Shown here one piece after another: positions 26,261 to 39,933 of a DNA stretch of 64,000 bases (position 1 is its first letter; each line of letters begins with the position of its first letter). Under the pieces are notes generated by a model. The model saw nothing but the letters and a program-made list of their open reading frames with translations, did not search any database and was not told where the DNA came from. This DNA comes from Trichodelitschia bisporula (Eukaryota), in the NCBI GenBank assembly GCA_010356995.1, contig ML996691.1:626174-690173 (forward strand). Reading direction: 5' to 3'. A program made the translations under genes and the position numbers.

Positions 26261-28043
26261 AAAGGTCGTGGTGTTGGATCAACGCCAGTGGGCAGGCGGG
26301 GGAGGGAAGAGAAAAGGGAAAATCAACGGAGGCACAGGAGGGGATTTGTAGGGCATCTCTGCTCATCTCTCACTCTCACTTCTTGTGCAGTGCAGAGGAC
26401 AAGTGATGTGTACAGGCAGGGCCCCTCGAGCCTGTTGCTGGTGTTGGATTGGCTCCCGCAATTTTGTACCGACGTGCAGTGGATGAGTGTGTGCACACTT
26501 GGCCAGCAAGAGTGGGCAAGATAGGCGACGGCAGAGTGCGCGACAGCAAAAGCGAGCAGAAAAAAGAGCAACACCCGCCTGAACTGTGGGAAGAAAGAAT
26601 CGTCCAGGCATCGTTGCGTGCTCTTCCACCCTGGGGCTTCCCTGTCGCGGGCCGGTCAACGACGATGTGTCGAGCATCCGTTTGTCGGCGCGACCAAGCT
26701 GGCCGTCTGCACTGTCAGAATGCGTGGCCTGCTGCATGGAAGCTGCTGCCACAGCACCCAATCGCCACCCTGTGCGCCGCCGTGCAATTTGCGCTCTTCC
26801 AACGGCGAGAGCGAAATGCATGCGAGAGCGCCTGTGAGAGCCCGCCTGCGATGCCTGCCTCGAGCCGCCTGACAGGGCTGCTGGAAGTACGCCGAGGATG
26901 ACTCGGAGGCGCAGATTCACAGAATACCGTAGTTGGTAGGAGGGAAGACGGGAGCAAGAACAGGCTCGAGGGATCGCAAATATAGACAAGTAACGCACAT
27001 GAAGATGCGCTTGAGCTGCTTCTTGCCCGGAAGCGATTCGAATGAAGAGCGAACACCTAAGCCTTGGGCTCTACCGCCGTTCCTGGGCTTTTTGCCAGCG
27101 TTGCGCGTTCCGCGCGTACTGAAGTACCTCACACAGAGGCCGACGAGCGGCGAGCCTAGGATACGCAGCAGCTAGTGGCGGGGCCGCCGATTTTTGGCAT
27201 GCCTGGATCGACAACCACCGGGCTTCCAGCAGCCCAAGCGGAACGGTGCCGACGGAGAAGGAAACCAACGCCGCCAGGATGGAGTTCGCAGGAGCAAGCT
27301 CGCGTGGTTGGGATTGAAGATTTCCTGCTTCCCGAAAGGCCCGAATCGAGTCGATTGAGGGGATTCTCGGAGGACCGAATTTGCAGACCAGGCGATTTGC
27401 AGCCATGCAGCTCACCTGACTCCATTCCAGTTGCCACATCGTGCAGTCGCCGCTAGCCAGCAGCAGAGAGCAGCAGCGCTGTCGGGGAATCTGCCAAATG
27501 CTCCCGAAGGCCCGAGGGGCTGTGGGATCCGAGTGCAGCTGGAGTGTGGGGGTCTAGGGAGAGGCAAGGGGGAGCGTTGCACTTTGAATAGACATGTTAA
27601 AAGCACTAACAGAGCTGTTAAGAGGTTGTTCAGAGGTAGTTCGGACGTTAAGGCAAGGCCAAACACACGACGTTGAGATACGGTAGAGACGTCATTGAGC
27701 TCCGGATCACGTGACCGTAAGAAGTCTCTTGTGGCCTCAGGTTTTCTGCGATGAATCAGGCAGAATTCGCTTATGCCTCCCCTGGCTTGGCTTCGTCTCT
27801 TGGCAACTGGACACCTTGTGCCTTCCTCCGCTATACTGGGGATACGTGGAGTTAGTTAGGTGTCTATCAACTTGGAGGCATGAGTGTTTACCTCCTGGAC
27901 CTGCGCTACGTCTAGTTCCTCCTTTTCAATCACCCCCCAAAATTGACCTCACTGCACCGGAAAAGCTCCCACGATTTCGCACCATCGGGCAAATCACTGA
28001 ACCTCTTTCTGTGTGCTGAAGCTGCGGCTTCACCTCCGCAAAC

Positions 28044-31000
28044 ATGTCGTCGAATATGTTGACGAAGGTCCGCTTCCATACCCCACTTCCGTACATTAAT
28101 CCTGATAATGGTCAGTTTGAGTCCAAATCTTCTAGGGCAAAGGGTATCGCTTTCCACCCCAAGAGGTATACATGATTCCCCCGCCCCCCCGCGACTTGCT
28201 TCGGGGCAGCGCTAATGTATCCCAAGGCCATGGATTCTCGTCTCCCTCCACTCGTCCACTATCCAGCTGTGGGATTACCGCATGGGGACGCTGATTGACC
28301 GGTTCGAGGAGCATGACGGGCCTGTTCGCGGTATCGACTTCCACAAGACCCAGCCGATGTTCGTCTCCGGCGGCGATGATTACAAGATTAAAGTGTGGTC
28401 GTACCAGACGAGGCGCTGTCTGTTCACGCTTGCTGGACATCTGGGTATGCGCATTGGTGGCTGTCCACCCGGCTGCGGAGTTTACTGATCGCCTCGCGCA
28501 GACTATGTACGGACCGTTTTCTTTCACCACGAACTGCCATGGATTCTCTCTAGTTCAGACGATCAGACAATACGGATATGGAATTGGCAAAACCGCACGC
28601 TGAGTATGCAGCTCCATGATGCCACTGTTTGGCGCGAGATTAAGCTAACGGACTGTAGTCTGCACCATGACCGGCCACAACCATGTGAGATATAGCTTAA
28701 CGTTATGCGCTAGGGACAGTCTTGTTAACCGCTGAGCAGTATACCATGTGTGCTCAGTTCCACCCTACGCAGGATCTCGTCGTGTCCGCGTCTCTTGATC
28801 AATCCGTCCGCGTGTGGGATATTTCCGGTCTGCGCAAGAAGCATTCGTCCCCGGCATCCATGACGTTCGAGGACCAGATGGCGCGCTCCGGCCAGGGTCA
28901 GGCGGATATGTTCGGGAATACCGATGCTGTTGTAAAGTTTGTCCTTGAAGGCCATGATCGCGGAGTCAATTGGGTCGCTTTTCACCCGACGTTGCCTCTT
29001 ATCGTTTCGGCCGGGGACGACAGGCTGGTGAAGCTGTGGAGAATGAGCGAAACCAAGGCGTGGGAGGTCGACACTTGCAGGGGCCACTTCCAGAACGTAT
29101 CCGCCTGCCTATTCCACCCGCATCAGGACCTCATCATTTCCGTCGGCGAAGACAAGACGATTAGAGTGTGGGATCTCAACAAGCGCACATCGGTTCAGTC
29201 CATCAAGCGCGAAAACGACAGGTTTTGGGTCATCGCCGCACACCCGGAGATAAACCTCTTTGCCGCTGGCCATGATAACGGCGTCATGGTTTTCAAATTC
29301 GAGCGTGAACGTCCCGCGTCCACCGTGCACCAGAACCAGCTTTTCTTCATCACCAAGGATAAGCATGTGCGGAGCTATGACTTTACGAAGAACCAGGAAT
29401 CGCCATCGATGCTGTCCCTGAAGAAGCTCGGCTCCCCCTGGACGCCCCCCCGGACCATCTCTTTCAACCCTGCGGAGCGCGCGATACTGGTTACGTCACC
29501 TTCTGACGGTGGCACTTACGAGCTGGTCAGCTTGCCGCGGGATGCCAGCGGTGCCGTAGAGCCTACGGATGCTAAGCGGGGATCCGGTGATTCGGCGGTT
29601 TTCGTTGCGCGCAATCGCTTTGCCGTGTTCAACAAGTCCAATCAGCAGATTGATATCAAGGATCTGACGAACTCGACCACAAAGACCATCAAACCACCTA
29701 GTGGAACTACTGACATCACCTTTGGCGGTCCGGGCTGCCTGTTGTTACTCACCGCTTCGTCAGTTGTTCTCTATGACATCCAGCAGAAGAAGCAGCTGGC
29801 CGAGTTGGCGGTTTCCGGAGTCAAATATGTGGTTTGGTCAAGTGACGGTCTGCATGCGGCCTTGCTTAGCAAGCACAACGTTACGATCGTCAACAAGAAC
29901 CTGCAGCAGATCAGCACGCTGCACGAGACTATTCGGATCAAGAGCGCGACGTGGGACGATGCGGGCGTCCTGCTCTACAGCACTCTGAACCACATCAAGT
30001 ACACGCTCATGAACGGAGATAACGGCATTGTTCGTACACTGGAACAGACTATCTATCTGGTGAAAGTCAAGGGCCGGAACGTGTACACTCTCGACCGCGC
30101 CTCACACCCGAGGGTCCTGGCTATCGACCCCACTGAATACCGGTTCAAGTTGGCGCTTGTCAAGCGGAATTATGATGAGATGCTCAACATTATACGGAAT
30201 TCGAGCTTGGTCGGGCAGAGCATCATCTCATACCTGCAGAAGAAGGGCTACCCAGAAATTGCACTGCAGTTCGTCCAAGACCCCCAGACCCGCTTCGAGC
30301 TGGCCATTGAGTGTGGAAATCTCGAAGTCGCCGTGGAGATGGCTAAACAGCTCGACCGCCCCAGGCTTTGGCAGCGGTTGAGCACGGAAGCCCTTGCCCA
30401 CGGTAACCACCAAGTGGTGGAGATGACCTACCAGAAGCTGCGCAACTTTGACAAGCTTTCGTTTTTGTACAACTCTATTGGCGACAAAGAGAAGGTCAAA
30501 AAGATGCAAAAGATTGCAGAGCACCGTGGCGACTCCAATTCCCGGTTTCAGAACTCTATATATCTGGGCGACGTCGACAACAGAGTGGAGTTGTTCAAGG
30601 AAATGGATCTCTATCCTCTTGCATACATCGCCGCCAAGTCGCAGGGTCGTGAGGAGGAGGCCGCGTCAATTCTCGAGGCTGCCGGCGTTTCCGAAGAGGA
30701 CATCAAGCTTCCGAAGATTGGAGAGCCTTTAACCGTTCCGCGCCCCATCGTCCATACCTACAAGTCGAACTGGCCAGTCAAGCCTACTTCGACGTCGGCT
30801 TTCGAGAAGGTGTTGTCCGGTGAAGAGGGTGCGGAGGAAATCGGTGCCAACGGCTTCCAAGAAGAGGACCTGCTCGGACCTGAGACGACCGCTGAGAAAG
30901 AGGTCGGCCTTGAGGAAGTCGAGGAGGAAGGCGATGCCGAAGGCTGGGATCTCGGCGAGGATGTCGAAGTCGAAGCTGAGGCTGATTTCGTGAACGTCGA

Positions 31001-32064
31001 GGCGGCTGAAGCCGGTGCCGGTAGCAGTGAGGCCGACATGTGGGCCCGTAACTCGCCCATTGCGGCGGATCACATTGCTGGCGGTTCCTTCGAGACTGCC
31101 ATGCAATTGCTCAATCGCCAAGTTGGTGCTGTCAACTTCAAGGCCATCCAGTGGCGGTTCGAGGAGATCTTCCAAGCCTCGCGGACGTACTTGCCCGCCA
31201 ATCCGGGCTTGGAGCCTCTAGTCAACTACCTCCGCCGTACACCGACCGAGACAGACTCACGGCGTGTGCTTCCACTCATTCCTCGCGACTTGGAGTCCAT
31301 TGTTGCCGGGGAGTTGCAGGTGGGCAAGACGCAGATGCGCACCAACAAGCTTGAAGATGGCGCGGCCACTTTCCGCAAGATCCTCCAGTTGGTGCTGGTC
31401 AACTCGTTAAAGTCGCAGCAGGAAGTCCATGAGGTATGTGGCAGTCATTTGCCTTCGGGTATGCTAATATGTCCTAGGCGAAGCAGTTGATTCGTACCGC
31501 CGCGCACTACGCTCTTGCCATGTCCATCGAGTTGGAGCGCCGCAAGATCATCAACAACAAGCCGGACATCTCGTCCTTCCCCGAAGATGTGCAGAAGCGG
31601 GCTCTTGAGCTCTCCGCCTACTTCACCATCCCCGAACTTGAACCCGCACACGTCACGCTCGCGCTCTTTTCAGCGATGAACTTTGCGCACAAGAACAAGC
31701 AGCTATCGTCGGCGCTGAGCTTCGCCAACTCATTACTGGAGAGGGGCACAAATGCCAAGTTTAAGGAGGGCGTAAGTAGCCGCCAACATTCTGCTGAGAA
31801 GGTTTCGCTGACACCCTACAGGCACGCAAGATCAAGGCCATCTGCGAGCGCAACCCCAACGACGCGCTTGACATCGAGTTCGACCAGTTCGCCGAGTTTG
31901 ACGTGTGCGCCGCCTCCTTCACGCCCATCTACAATGGGTCGCCGAGCGTGGCATGTCCGTATGATGGATCCAAGTACCACTCTAAGTACAAGGGCACCTT
32001 GTGCAAGGTGTGCGAGGTGTGCCAGGTCGGGGCGCCAGCGAGCGGTCTGCGTCTCTTCATCTAA
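28044..32064 (+). CDS. COP1: Coatomer subunit alpha (alpha-COP); multi-exon
   Basis: [25 protein letters not shown]...[13 protein letters not shown]40 repeats...[10 protein letters not shown]...[20 protein letters not shown]. Confidence 0.97.
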
Positions 32065-32363
32065 AAAGAGTTCTTGTTAACGTTGTTAACGTTGTTGGCG
32101 ACTGATGCCAGGCGTAGCGCGCGAATGGACATTTGTTGTGAGCGCCCTTTCCGGACGGTTGGGGTTACGTAGAATAAATCAAAGATTACATGTCGATATC
32201 GGCCGTGACCTGTTGATCGGAGCAAGGAGAACTGTGTGGCTAGTGTTCCATTTAACCTTCAAGCGGCTGTGGACACCAAACTCCGCCCGTAGCCGTCCTG
32301 TCGCATAAATCCCACCCCGATCCCCAGCCCAGCCAAACTCCCAAAAGCCCAATTGAAACACTT

Positions 32364-33095
32364 CTACTTCCCATCCAAATGCTCCACTACCGCCTTTGCC
32401 CTCTCCAGGCGCGCAACCGTCTCGGTCAACCCTCCCTTGAGCGCAACCAAGCCCTCCGTCCCCCGCTCCCAGGTCGCGCGGACTTCATCCCAGCGCTCGA
32501 GCCTAACGTCGTCTTCACCCTGCGCCGCAGCACGCTCTTCCTCCGCCCGCCGCTCCTCAAACCACGCCTCAAAAGCCTTCTCTTCCTCCTCCCAGCGCGC
32601 CTTGAAATCCGATGCGGCCTTTGCGGGTGCACCTCTCCGCAGATCGGCAACCTTCTCGGTCAGGGTCTCCTTCGTGGCTTCGAGGGCGCGGATGCGGGAT
32701 GCGAGATTCGTGTCTAGGGGTTCGAATTCTGGCTGCGTCAGCGCATATTTCTCAGGGGGAAGCAGGAGAGCAGCCGGACCTTCTTCAACTTCTGCTGCTA
32801 GTCCTTCATCCAGTGTGACGCCCGCGGGCACGTCCACCCCATTGACCCAGACGTTCGCGCGCACAGCTTCGAAGGTTGCGCGTACATATCCCTCTATTAA
32901 CTCTTGGACGCGGGCGCGGAGGGCGTCATCTGCACTGCCGGTCGGTGCATCGGCGGCGGCGGCAGAGGGTGGGAACGCCGCATCGAGTTTTGCGAGGGCG
33001 GCACGGAGAGCTGTGGCGTGGAGGTGGCGGAGGTCGGCGAGGGATTGAAGTTCTATTTTGCGGAGTTCGGAGGCGCGGGGTGTGGGGGAGGACAT
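32364..33095 (-). CDS. NSL1: Kinetochore MIND/Mis12 complex subunit Nsl1/Mis14
   Basis: RKIELQSLADLRHL...KLDAAFPP...EFEPLD...VADLRRGAP...LTETVARLERAKAVVEHL. Confidence 0.85.
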   Translation of the reverse strand: MSSPTPRASELRKIELQSLADLRHLHATALRAALAKLDAAFPPSAAAADAPTGSADDALRARVQELIEGYVRATFEAVRANVWVNGVDVPAGVTLDEGLAAEVEEGPAALLLPPEKYALTQPEFEPLDTNLASRIRALEATKETLTEKVADLRRGAPAKAASDFKARWEEEEKAFEAWFEERRAEEERAAAQGEDDVRLERWDEVRATWERGTEGLVALKGGLTETVARLERAKAVVEHLDGK

Positions 33096-34306
33096 TGTAG
33101 AGTAGTTATGGTTGGCGGGGGAGGGGGGGTGTTTGTTTGCAACGCGTTCTGGTTGAGGTGGTGGAGCGCGGGATCACGGGGGTGGGGGTTGGTGGACTCG
33201 GCCGGGGTGCCGGGGTTAGTGCCGAGACGTTGGTGCCGAAGCTCTGCAGGTTTTCGATTTTTGCATCGACGATCCCGAATCACGGGCGATTTCGGCTCGG
33301 GCGGACTGCCGATTCTGTGGCCGCCTGTGTACGGTAATGTTCGGAATTGGCAGGTGTACTGGTAAATGTTCCGCCTTGGTGCGGAACGAAAGTCGTAGGC
33401 TTTGATGCGTAAATTAATGCTGTAATACTGCAAAATTCGGAGCGAAGGCGGATACTCGTACTTGGGCTGTCGGCATCATGTGCTGGGCCACTAGAACTAC
33501 GGATGTAAGAGACTTCCCGCCGTCCTTAGATGTGTACGTATATGCCTTGTGGCCATCTTTGCCAATCGGCTCCGTGCCGAAGAGACCAAGATCTAAGAGA
33601 CGTACTAAATCTCGCTTCAATTTAACCGCACTTGAGTTTCGCGTCTCAGCGCAGTCGAGCATCTATCCTCTTTCTAGCTATGTCGATCTGCTATTCCATA
33701 CTCTTTCTATGGAGATGGTTTTCTTGAAGAGCCACTACTGCCGTAAGTAAACTACGATCTTCCCATTATCAGGGCAGCAGCTCAAAGCAGCGCGGATTTT
33801 GCTAATCGTCCAAATCCAACGGCAATCTAGAATCGACGAAGCAAGTCGACGTCATGCTCCACATCAAATGAAAAGAACATACCTCCGGCTGGAAGAAGGT
33901 GACTTTTTGCTAGCGCCATCTTCTCACATACCGTATTAGATCGCCCGATGAACTCTCATCGCCGCCCTTGTCCGTCTAGGGTCCGTTAAATGTGATAATA
34001 TTGGCTGGAGGGAGGTCAGACTACTACGTAGATGCTACTGGCGCAGGCACGTGTGGGGTCGCTAAGCCAGAGAGAGAGCTAGCCACTTGCCCCAAGCAAG
34101 CCCCCAACCCAAGCCTTCTCCAGACCAATCCCTCTCTACCCTTCCAAACTCCCCCAAAAAAAGGAACCTTCCAAATAACCCACATTCGCCTCAATGCTTA
34201 AACGCTTCGCTACTTTCATATCGCAACCTCCGAAATCCATCTAGACCAACTTAAGGAACCGAAGTGTGATCAAAGGAACCGCCCCCCTCCTCCCTCTCCT
34301 CCCACC

Positions 34307-36883
34307 ATGGACGCCAATGATGCTAGTCCAGAGTTTTTAAATCCGCAGCATTCCCATGCTCACAATAATGCCACAATCTCATCGCAAACTCCCAATTCGA
34401 CCTTCTTCAGTCCTCTAGGTTCCCCGTCCGTCACGCAAAACTTCAGCGCCAGCTTGAGAGAACCCCCTTCAGGAACTGCCCCACCACATCACGGGGATCA
34501 GCATCCCGGCCGCAAGAGAAAGAGATCTATCACCGACACCAAACCTCCTCTGGAATCACTTTCCACTCATCATGGCTTCCCCGCTCCGCACGACTCACCC
34601 ACTCATTCCAACACCGAGCTTGATTCGTACATCAAGTCCAAGCGGAAGCCGCGTGAGAAGAAGGCTTGCCGCGTGTGCCGGTGCGTATTTTGACGCTTCT
34701 CATAACCTGCTCTAACATGTATAGGCGACGAAAAGTGGGTTGTGACCAGCATCAACCGTGTCAAAACTGCATAGGTAAGGCATTTTCATGTATTTCTTTG
34801 TCCGCTACCATGCCGTTGTTCCTTCGGTCTGTCATTGGTTGACGCCCGGAGGTGTTCTGAGCTCGATTACTACCGGAATTGTCTCCTTCTGCTTTGATCA
34901 CGTTCTTACTCTTGTCCCTCGGCAGACCGAAGATATCCGGAACTCTGCGTTTATGAAAATGCTACCGGAGAACCTGGTCCGCCTAGTGTGGCCGACGGCA
35001 CACAGGGCTTCCACCATGACCATCATTTACAAGGCGCCTCACTTGTACACCAATTTGACTCGGCTCCAAGCCTGTCACCACGGCAAGCTCACTCCAGCCC
35101 GCCCCCGTACGTGGGTGATACGGTTACTCTTCCAAGAGAGTCCTTTGATCGTCTCGTCAGCACCTTGGAGACTCTTCGAAGAACCTACAACGACCTGACG
35201 GCAGACATGAAAAAGCTCACCTCGGGCGTCTCAAGCAGTGCAAATCCACCGCATTATATGGAGAATGGCCAAAACCCATCCGCTTTTCTACAACCGGTGG
35301 CCCGTGTAAGCCAAAAGGATGACGACGAAAATCACATGCATGGCAACGCAGGTATCCACACCCGGAATAAGGTCACGGGTCAGACCATCCACATAGGAAG
35401 CAATTCGGTTCCCGCGCTTGTCATGTCCTACTCACCACACCTCGAAGAGCTTCTTGGGACAAGCATACTCCCAGCATTCGGCCTCGAAAACGAAAGTGCC
35501 ACTTATCCTTTTGTCGGACTGTCCGATCTGAAGCAAGGTCGTATAGCAAAAATACTGGATCTGTGCAGAGCGCTTCCAAGTGAGCAGGAATGTAACCGAT
35601 TTTTCATGGCGTACCGCGACAGCGCGTATATCCTGTACCCCGCCATGACGAACGTGGCAAGGTTCAATGAGGATCTCCGTCAATTCAGCAGAGCGCGAGC
35701 GGCAGCTCAAGCCATGCCGGGGTACAACGGTGTCAATGAGCAGACTATCTACGGCCATAGTCTTTCGTGGATGGGCCTTCTCTTCGCAGCCATGGCGTCC
35801 GGGTGCCAGTGCATCAAGCAGCCCGGGAAAGAGCTCGACTTGACGTCTCAAGTTTTTGTCTGCTGCAGCTTCGAGTGTCTGCGGCTGACGAACTTCTTCT
35901 CCAATCCTTCGCTCGATAACATCCAGACGCTGCTTATCCTTGGAAACGTCATCTCGAACTCTATGAATGCGGGCGTTGCCTGGTCGCTACTCGGACTGAC
36001 CATCCGGCTGGCCATGGTGCTTGGGCTGCACAAAGAGTCCTGTGAGGGCACGCCCGCCACAGTTAAGGAAGACCGAATCAAGGTTGCATGGGCCATCCTC
36101 TGGCAGGACAGTTTGTTGTCCATCACTTTTGACCGCAACTCGGCTCTCACGAGTCTCGATCTCTTCAGTCACGGAATCCCCCCGGAAGGAGAATCCCCTA
36201 ACGGCTATACGTACGCAGGCTGCATGTACAAAGTCTGCAAAGTAGGCTTGGATATCGTGCGTGAGCGGGCTGTCTCGCAAGACCCACTCGAATCTTTGCA
36301 GCGCATGAGCGTGCACGAAGCCGAGTTACGCAAGATCATGGCCAGGTCGGAGTTGTATCTGAAATCACTGGCGCACTGCCGTACGCCGCTCGAGCAGCTG
36401 CAACACTGGGCCATGTACCTGCACATATCATACATCATGTCGGAAGTGTGCCGCGAGGCGATCAAGCCGCGCATCCCGACGAGTGACCTGACTATTCGCA
36501 TGCGCACCACCTGCATTGAGTCCCTGGCCAACACGGTCAAGGCCTTCCTCGGACTCTACCAGATCACGGCGTTTGCGTCGCGGTCATGGGCAGCGCTATC
36601 ACGTGCGCTCAGCTCAGCGTTCGTTCTTGGGATACTGGGCGAGGCCGCAAGGGACGAATCGATCCGGCTGCTGCTCAGCGATTTGCTCGGGTGTTTGCAC
36701 GACATCATGCAACGCAATACGGATGATATCGATGAGATATCGGCGCCGATTAAGCGATGGGCTACAAGCTTGGCGAAGTTGACGAGCACGTCGCCTGTCG
36801 GCACGACTGGTATGTCGCCGTTGCTGGAGCTGGACTCGGACGATTCGCCGTATGCGAGGGCAGAGGAGATTATCTGGGGATGA
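34307..36883 (+). CDS. Zn(II)2Cys6 transcription factor with fungal-specific TF domain; 3 exons
   Basis: Splicing out 34681-34724 and 34775-34925 gives CRVCRRRKVGCDQHQPCQNCIDRRYPELC. Middle homology region AWSLLGLTIRLAMVLGLH...WAILWQD. Confidence 0.92.
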
Positions 36884-37415
36884 GGGACGAGGGGAAGTAT
36901 GGAGTTGGGTGGGAATGGGATTGAGCGGTGCCGGGACTTCTCTGCTGGATGTAGGGGCTACGAGTACAGATTAAGGTCGAGGTTCAAGGCAATAGGCCTG
37001 ATAATGCGATATCCTCATGGAAAAGCGACAATGCCAACTCAATGGTGAGAAATGCCGATATCGCAGAGGTGTATATCCGAGATGAGGTCACTCCCTGCGC
37101 TACCCGCATCTACCCTGCTGGACGTGGCGTTCAGCTTGGGCCCAAGGGGCCCAAGCTGCGGGGCAAAGCCGTCGCTGCAAGCCGTGCAGGGGGGGACGCG
37201 GGGCCCGAAACTGAGTACCGAGACGCCATCACCAAATGCTTGCCCTCCCGCCCGCTGAGCGGGCAGCGGAATTACCTGCGCGTGCGCTGTTTTCTTCTCT
37301 ACGATCTTCCATTTAGTTTTCGGCATCTTCTAAGACCGTTTGACGCTTTCCTGGCTTGAATGAGACGGTCCTTTGTCCGCAATTGCTGCTACTGTTCCTT
37401 CCTCTGAGCTTCACC

Positions 37416-39084
37416 ATGTCGTCCTCGTCTGCTCTGCGCCTCCGCACCGCGGTGCACTATGCGAAGACGAAGGGCCGCTTTCCGACTGTAAATCATGTCT
37501 ACCCTTCCCGTTGTTATGAACGTACTAACTATCCTGCGCAGCCCCTCCTCGCCCGCACCTTCGCCTCCTCCGTTCCCCGCGCCGCAATCAACAAGGTCGT
37601 CGACTCCGCCGAGGCCGCGATCGAAGGCCTTGAACCAAATGACACCCTTCTCTGTGGCGGCTTCGGCCTCTGCGGCGTGCCAGACACACTAATCAACGCC
37701 GTGCGAGCCGCACCACACATCACCGGCCTGACAGTCGTGAGCAACAACGCAGGCATCGTCGGCAGCGGCCTCGGCCTGCTCCTCGAGTCGCAGCAAATCG
37801 GCAAGATGATCGCATCCTACGTCGGCGAGAACAAGCTCTTCGAAGGGCAGTACCTGCAGGGCAAGATCGACCTCGAGCTCACGCCGCAAGGCACGCTGGC
37901 GGAGCGCTGCCGCGCCGGCGGTGCTGGCATCCCCGCGTTTTACACGCCTGCCGCCGTTGGTACGGTGGTGCAGACGGGCGAACTGCCGCTACGGCATACG
38001 CCGCAGGGCACTGTGGCGAAGTACACGCCCCCGAAGGATGTGAAGGTGTTCGGCGGCAAGGCATATGTGCTCGAGGAGGCGATCAAGGCGGACTTTGCCT
38101 TCGTCAAGGCGTGGAAGGCGGACCGGCTCGGCAACGTGCAGTTCCGGTACGCGGCGCATAACTTCAACGGTGCGATGGCGCGGAATGCGCGCGTCACGGT
38201 CGTGGAGGCGGAGCATATTGTTGAGCCTGGCGAGATTGAGCCGGCGGCTGTACACGTGCCGGGTATCTACGTCAAGCGCGTGGTCCAGAGCACCACGCCG
38301 AAAAATATTGAGAAGACTGTCTACGCGAAGAGCAAGGATGAGCAGGTGTCGGGTGCGCTGGGCACGGGCGACGCGGCCTCGAAGCGCGAGCGCATTGTCC
38401 GCCGTGCGGCCAAGGAGTTCAAGAATGGGATGTACGCGAATCTGGGCATCGGGATGCCGATGCTCGCGCCGAGCTTCGTGGGGCCCGAGGTTGAGGTGCA
38501 GCTGCAGTCTGAGAACGGGATCTTGGGCCTCGGGCCCTACCCGCAGAAAGGCGAGGAGGATCCCGATCTCATTAACGCGGGCAAGGAGACGGTAACCCTG
38601 GCCAAGGGAGCCGCTGTGTTCGGGTCAGAGGAGAGCTTCGGCATGATTCGCGCGGGCCGGATCGACCTTACGATTCTCGGCGCCATGCAGGTGTCTGCCC
38701 GCGGCGACTTGGCGAACTGGATGCTCCCCGGGAAGATCAAGGGGTTTGGCGGCGCGATGGATCTGGTTAGCAACCCGGCCAACACGCGCGTTGTGGTTAC
38801 GATGGAGCATACGGATAAGAAGGGCCGGCCGAAGATTTTGAAGCAGTGCGAGTTTCCGCTGACCGGGAAGACGTGCGTGAGCCGGGTTATCACGGAGCTC
38901 GTGAGTGGATTTCTTGCGTCTATCGAGCGGCAAAAGGGGCTAATATTTGCAGTGTGTTTTCGATGTTGATTTCGTGGATGGGCTTACGCTCGTTGAGATT
39001 GCGGATGGGGTTACGGTTGATGAGGTCAAGGCGAAGACAGAGGCGCCGTTTAAGATCGCGGATGATTTGAAACCGATGCTATAA
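37416..39084 (+). CDS. Succinyl-CoA:3-oxoacid CoA-transferase (SCOT/OXCT family), mitochondrial
   Basis: GGFGLCGVP...ASYVGEN...[23 protein letters not shown]...NLGIGMP...LQSENG...GGAMDLV. Intron 38901-38952 and a probable in-frame intron 37488-37541. Confidence 0.95.
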
Positions 39085-39537
39085 GGCTGGCCATGGTAGG
39101 ATTAAGCGTGATGACGGGTACATACGAGGTGGACAGCGATGCATAAAAGCTGGGCTTTGCGCGGCTTGATACGAGTTGGGGCATGCTCTCTTTGTGAGAT
39201 TGGTTCTTATGTTCCATATGAGGGCGTGCAGAAATCTAGAATAGGGGTAGGACACCGGATCAGCACGCGATTCCGATTCGACGTTTCGTCCCCGATCTGA
39301 CTGCAATGATAGTCCTACGTCCTCCTCCGCTTGAGTCGGCCGCCGGTATCTTATCCGAATGTAGATGTTCCTCCTGCATCTCGCCATTGTCACAGCATAT
39401 CTATCCGCTACGCTTAGGATGATAGGAGAAAGGCTCTAAACCGTGCAACGGCAACTTTGGAATCTGGAGATTGAAGAGGAAGAGAGTCAGAGACCCTTAG
39501 GAATATACATCCGTACTACGTAAACACGATGACCTTC

Positions 39538-39589
39538 AATGCTCCTTCCTGACATAAGAATGCTCCTTCCTCACATAGCAATGCTCCTT
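39538..39589. repeat. 21-bp tandem repeat x2.5 (AATGCTCCTTCCTSACATARS)
   Basis: Units at 39538, 39559 and 39580 (partial). Confidence 0.8.
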
Positions 39590-39933
39590 TATGTCTACAT
39601 GATAATATACCCCACTGGACTTCGTTTTCGGGTTGAATGATTACTTCGGTGATCTCCAGTAGTGTTTTGTCCAATTTCTGGCTGCACAAAATGATTTTGT
39701 CCCAAGAGGTCAGTCTCGATCAACTTAGGAGGTTTCTACACCGACCTAAAGGAGATCTGATACTTCTCAACCTGGAATATCTTCTCCAAACTCAGTAGAG
39801 CCCTCTCTCAGGCCTCATGTCCCCCGCCTGACCTCGAGAAGCAAAAGAAAAATTCTCGGGACAATGCCCTTCCTCCGCCATTGCCTTCGCCCGACCACCC
39901 CTCAGGAGCAAAAAAGGTACGTTCATCTCATCA

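Noticed and set aside
34775..34925. Long TF intron with GGTGTTCTGAG, reminiscent of fungal intronic TPP riboswitches
   Set aside because: It lacks the GATAAT loop and AGCG...AGG elements, and the gene has no evident thiamine link.
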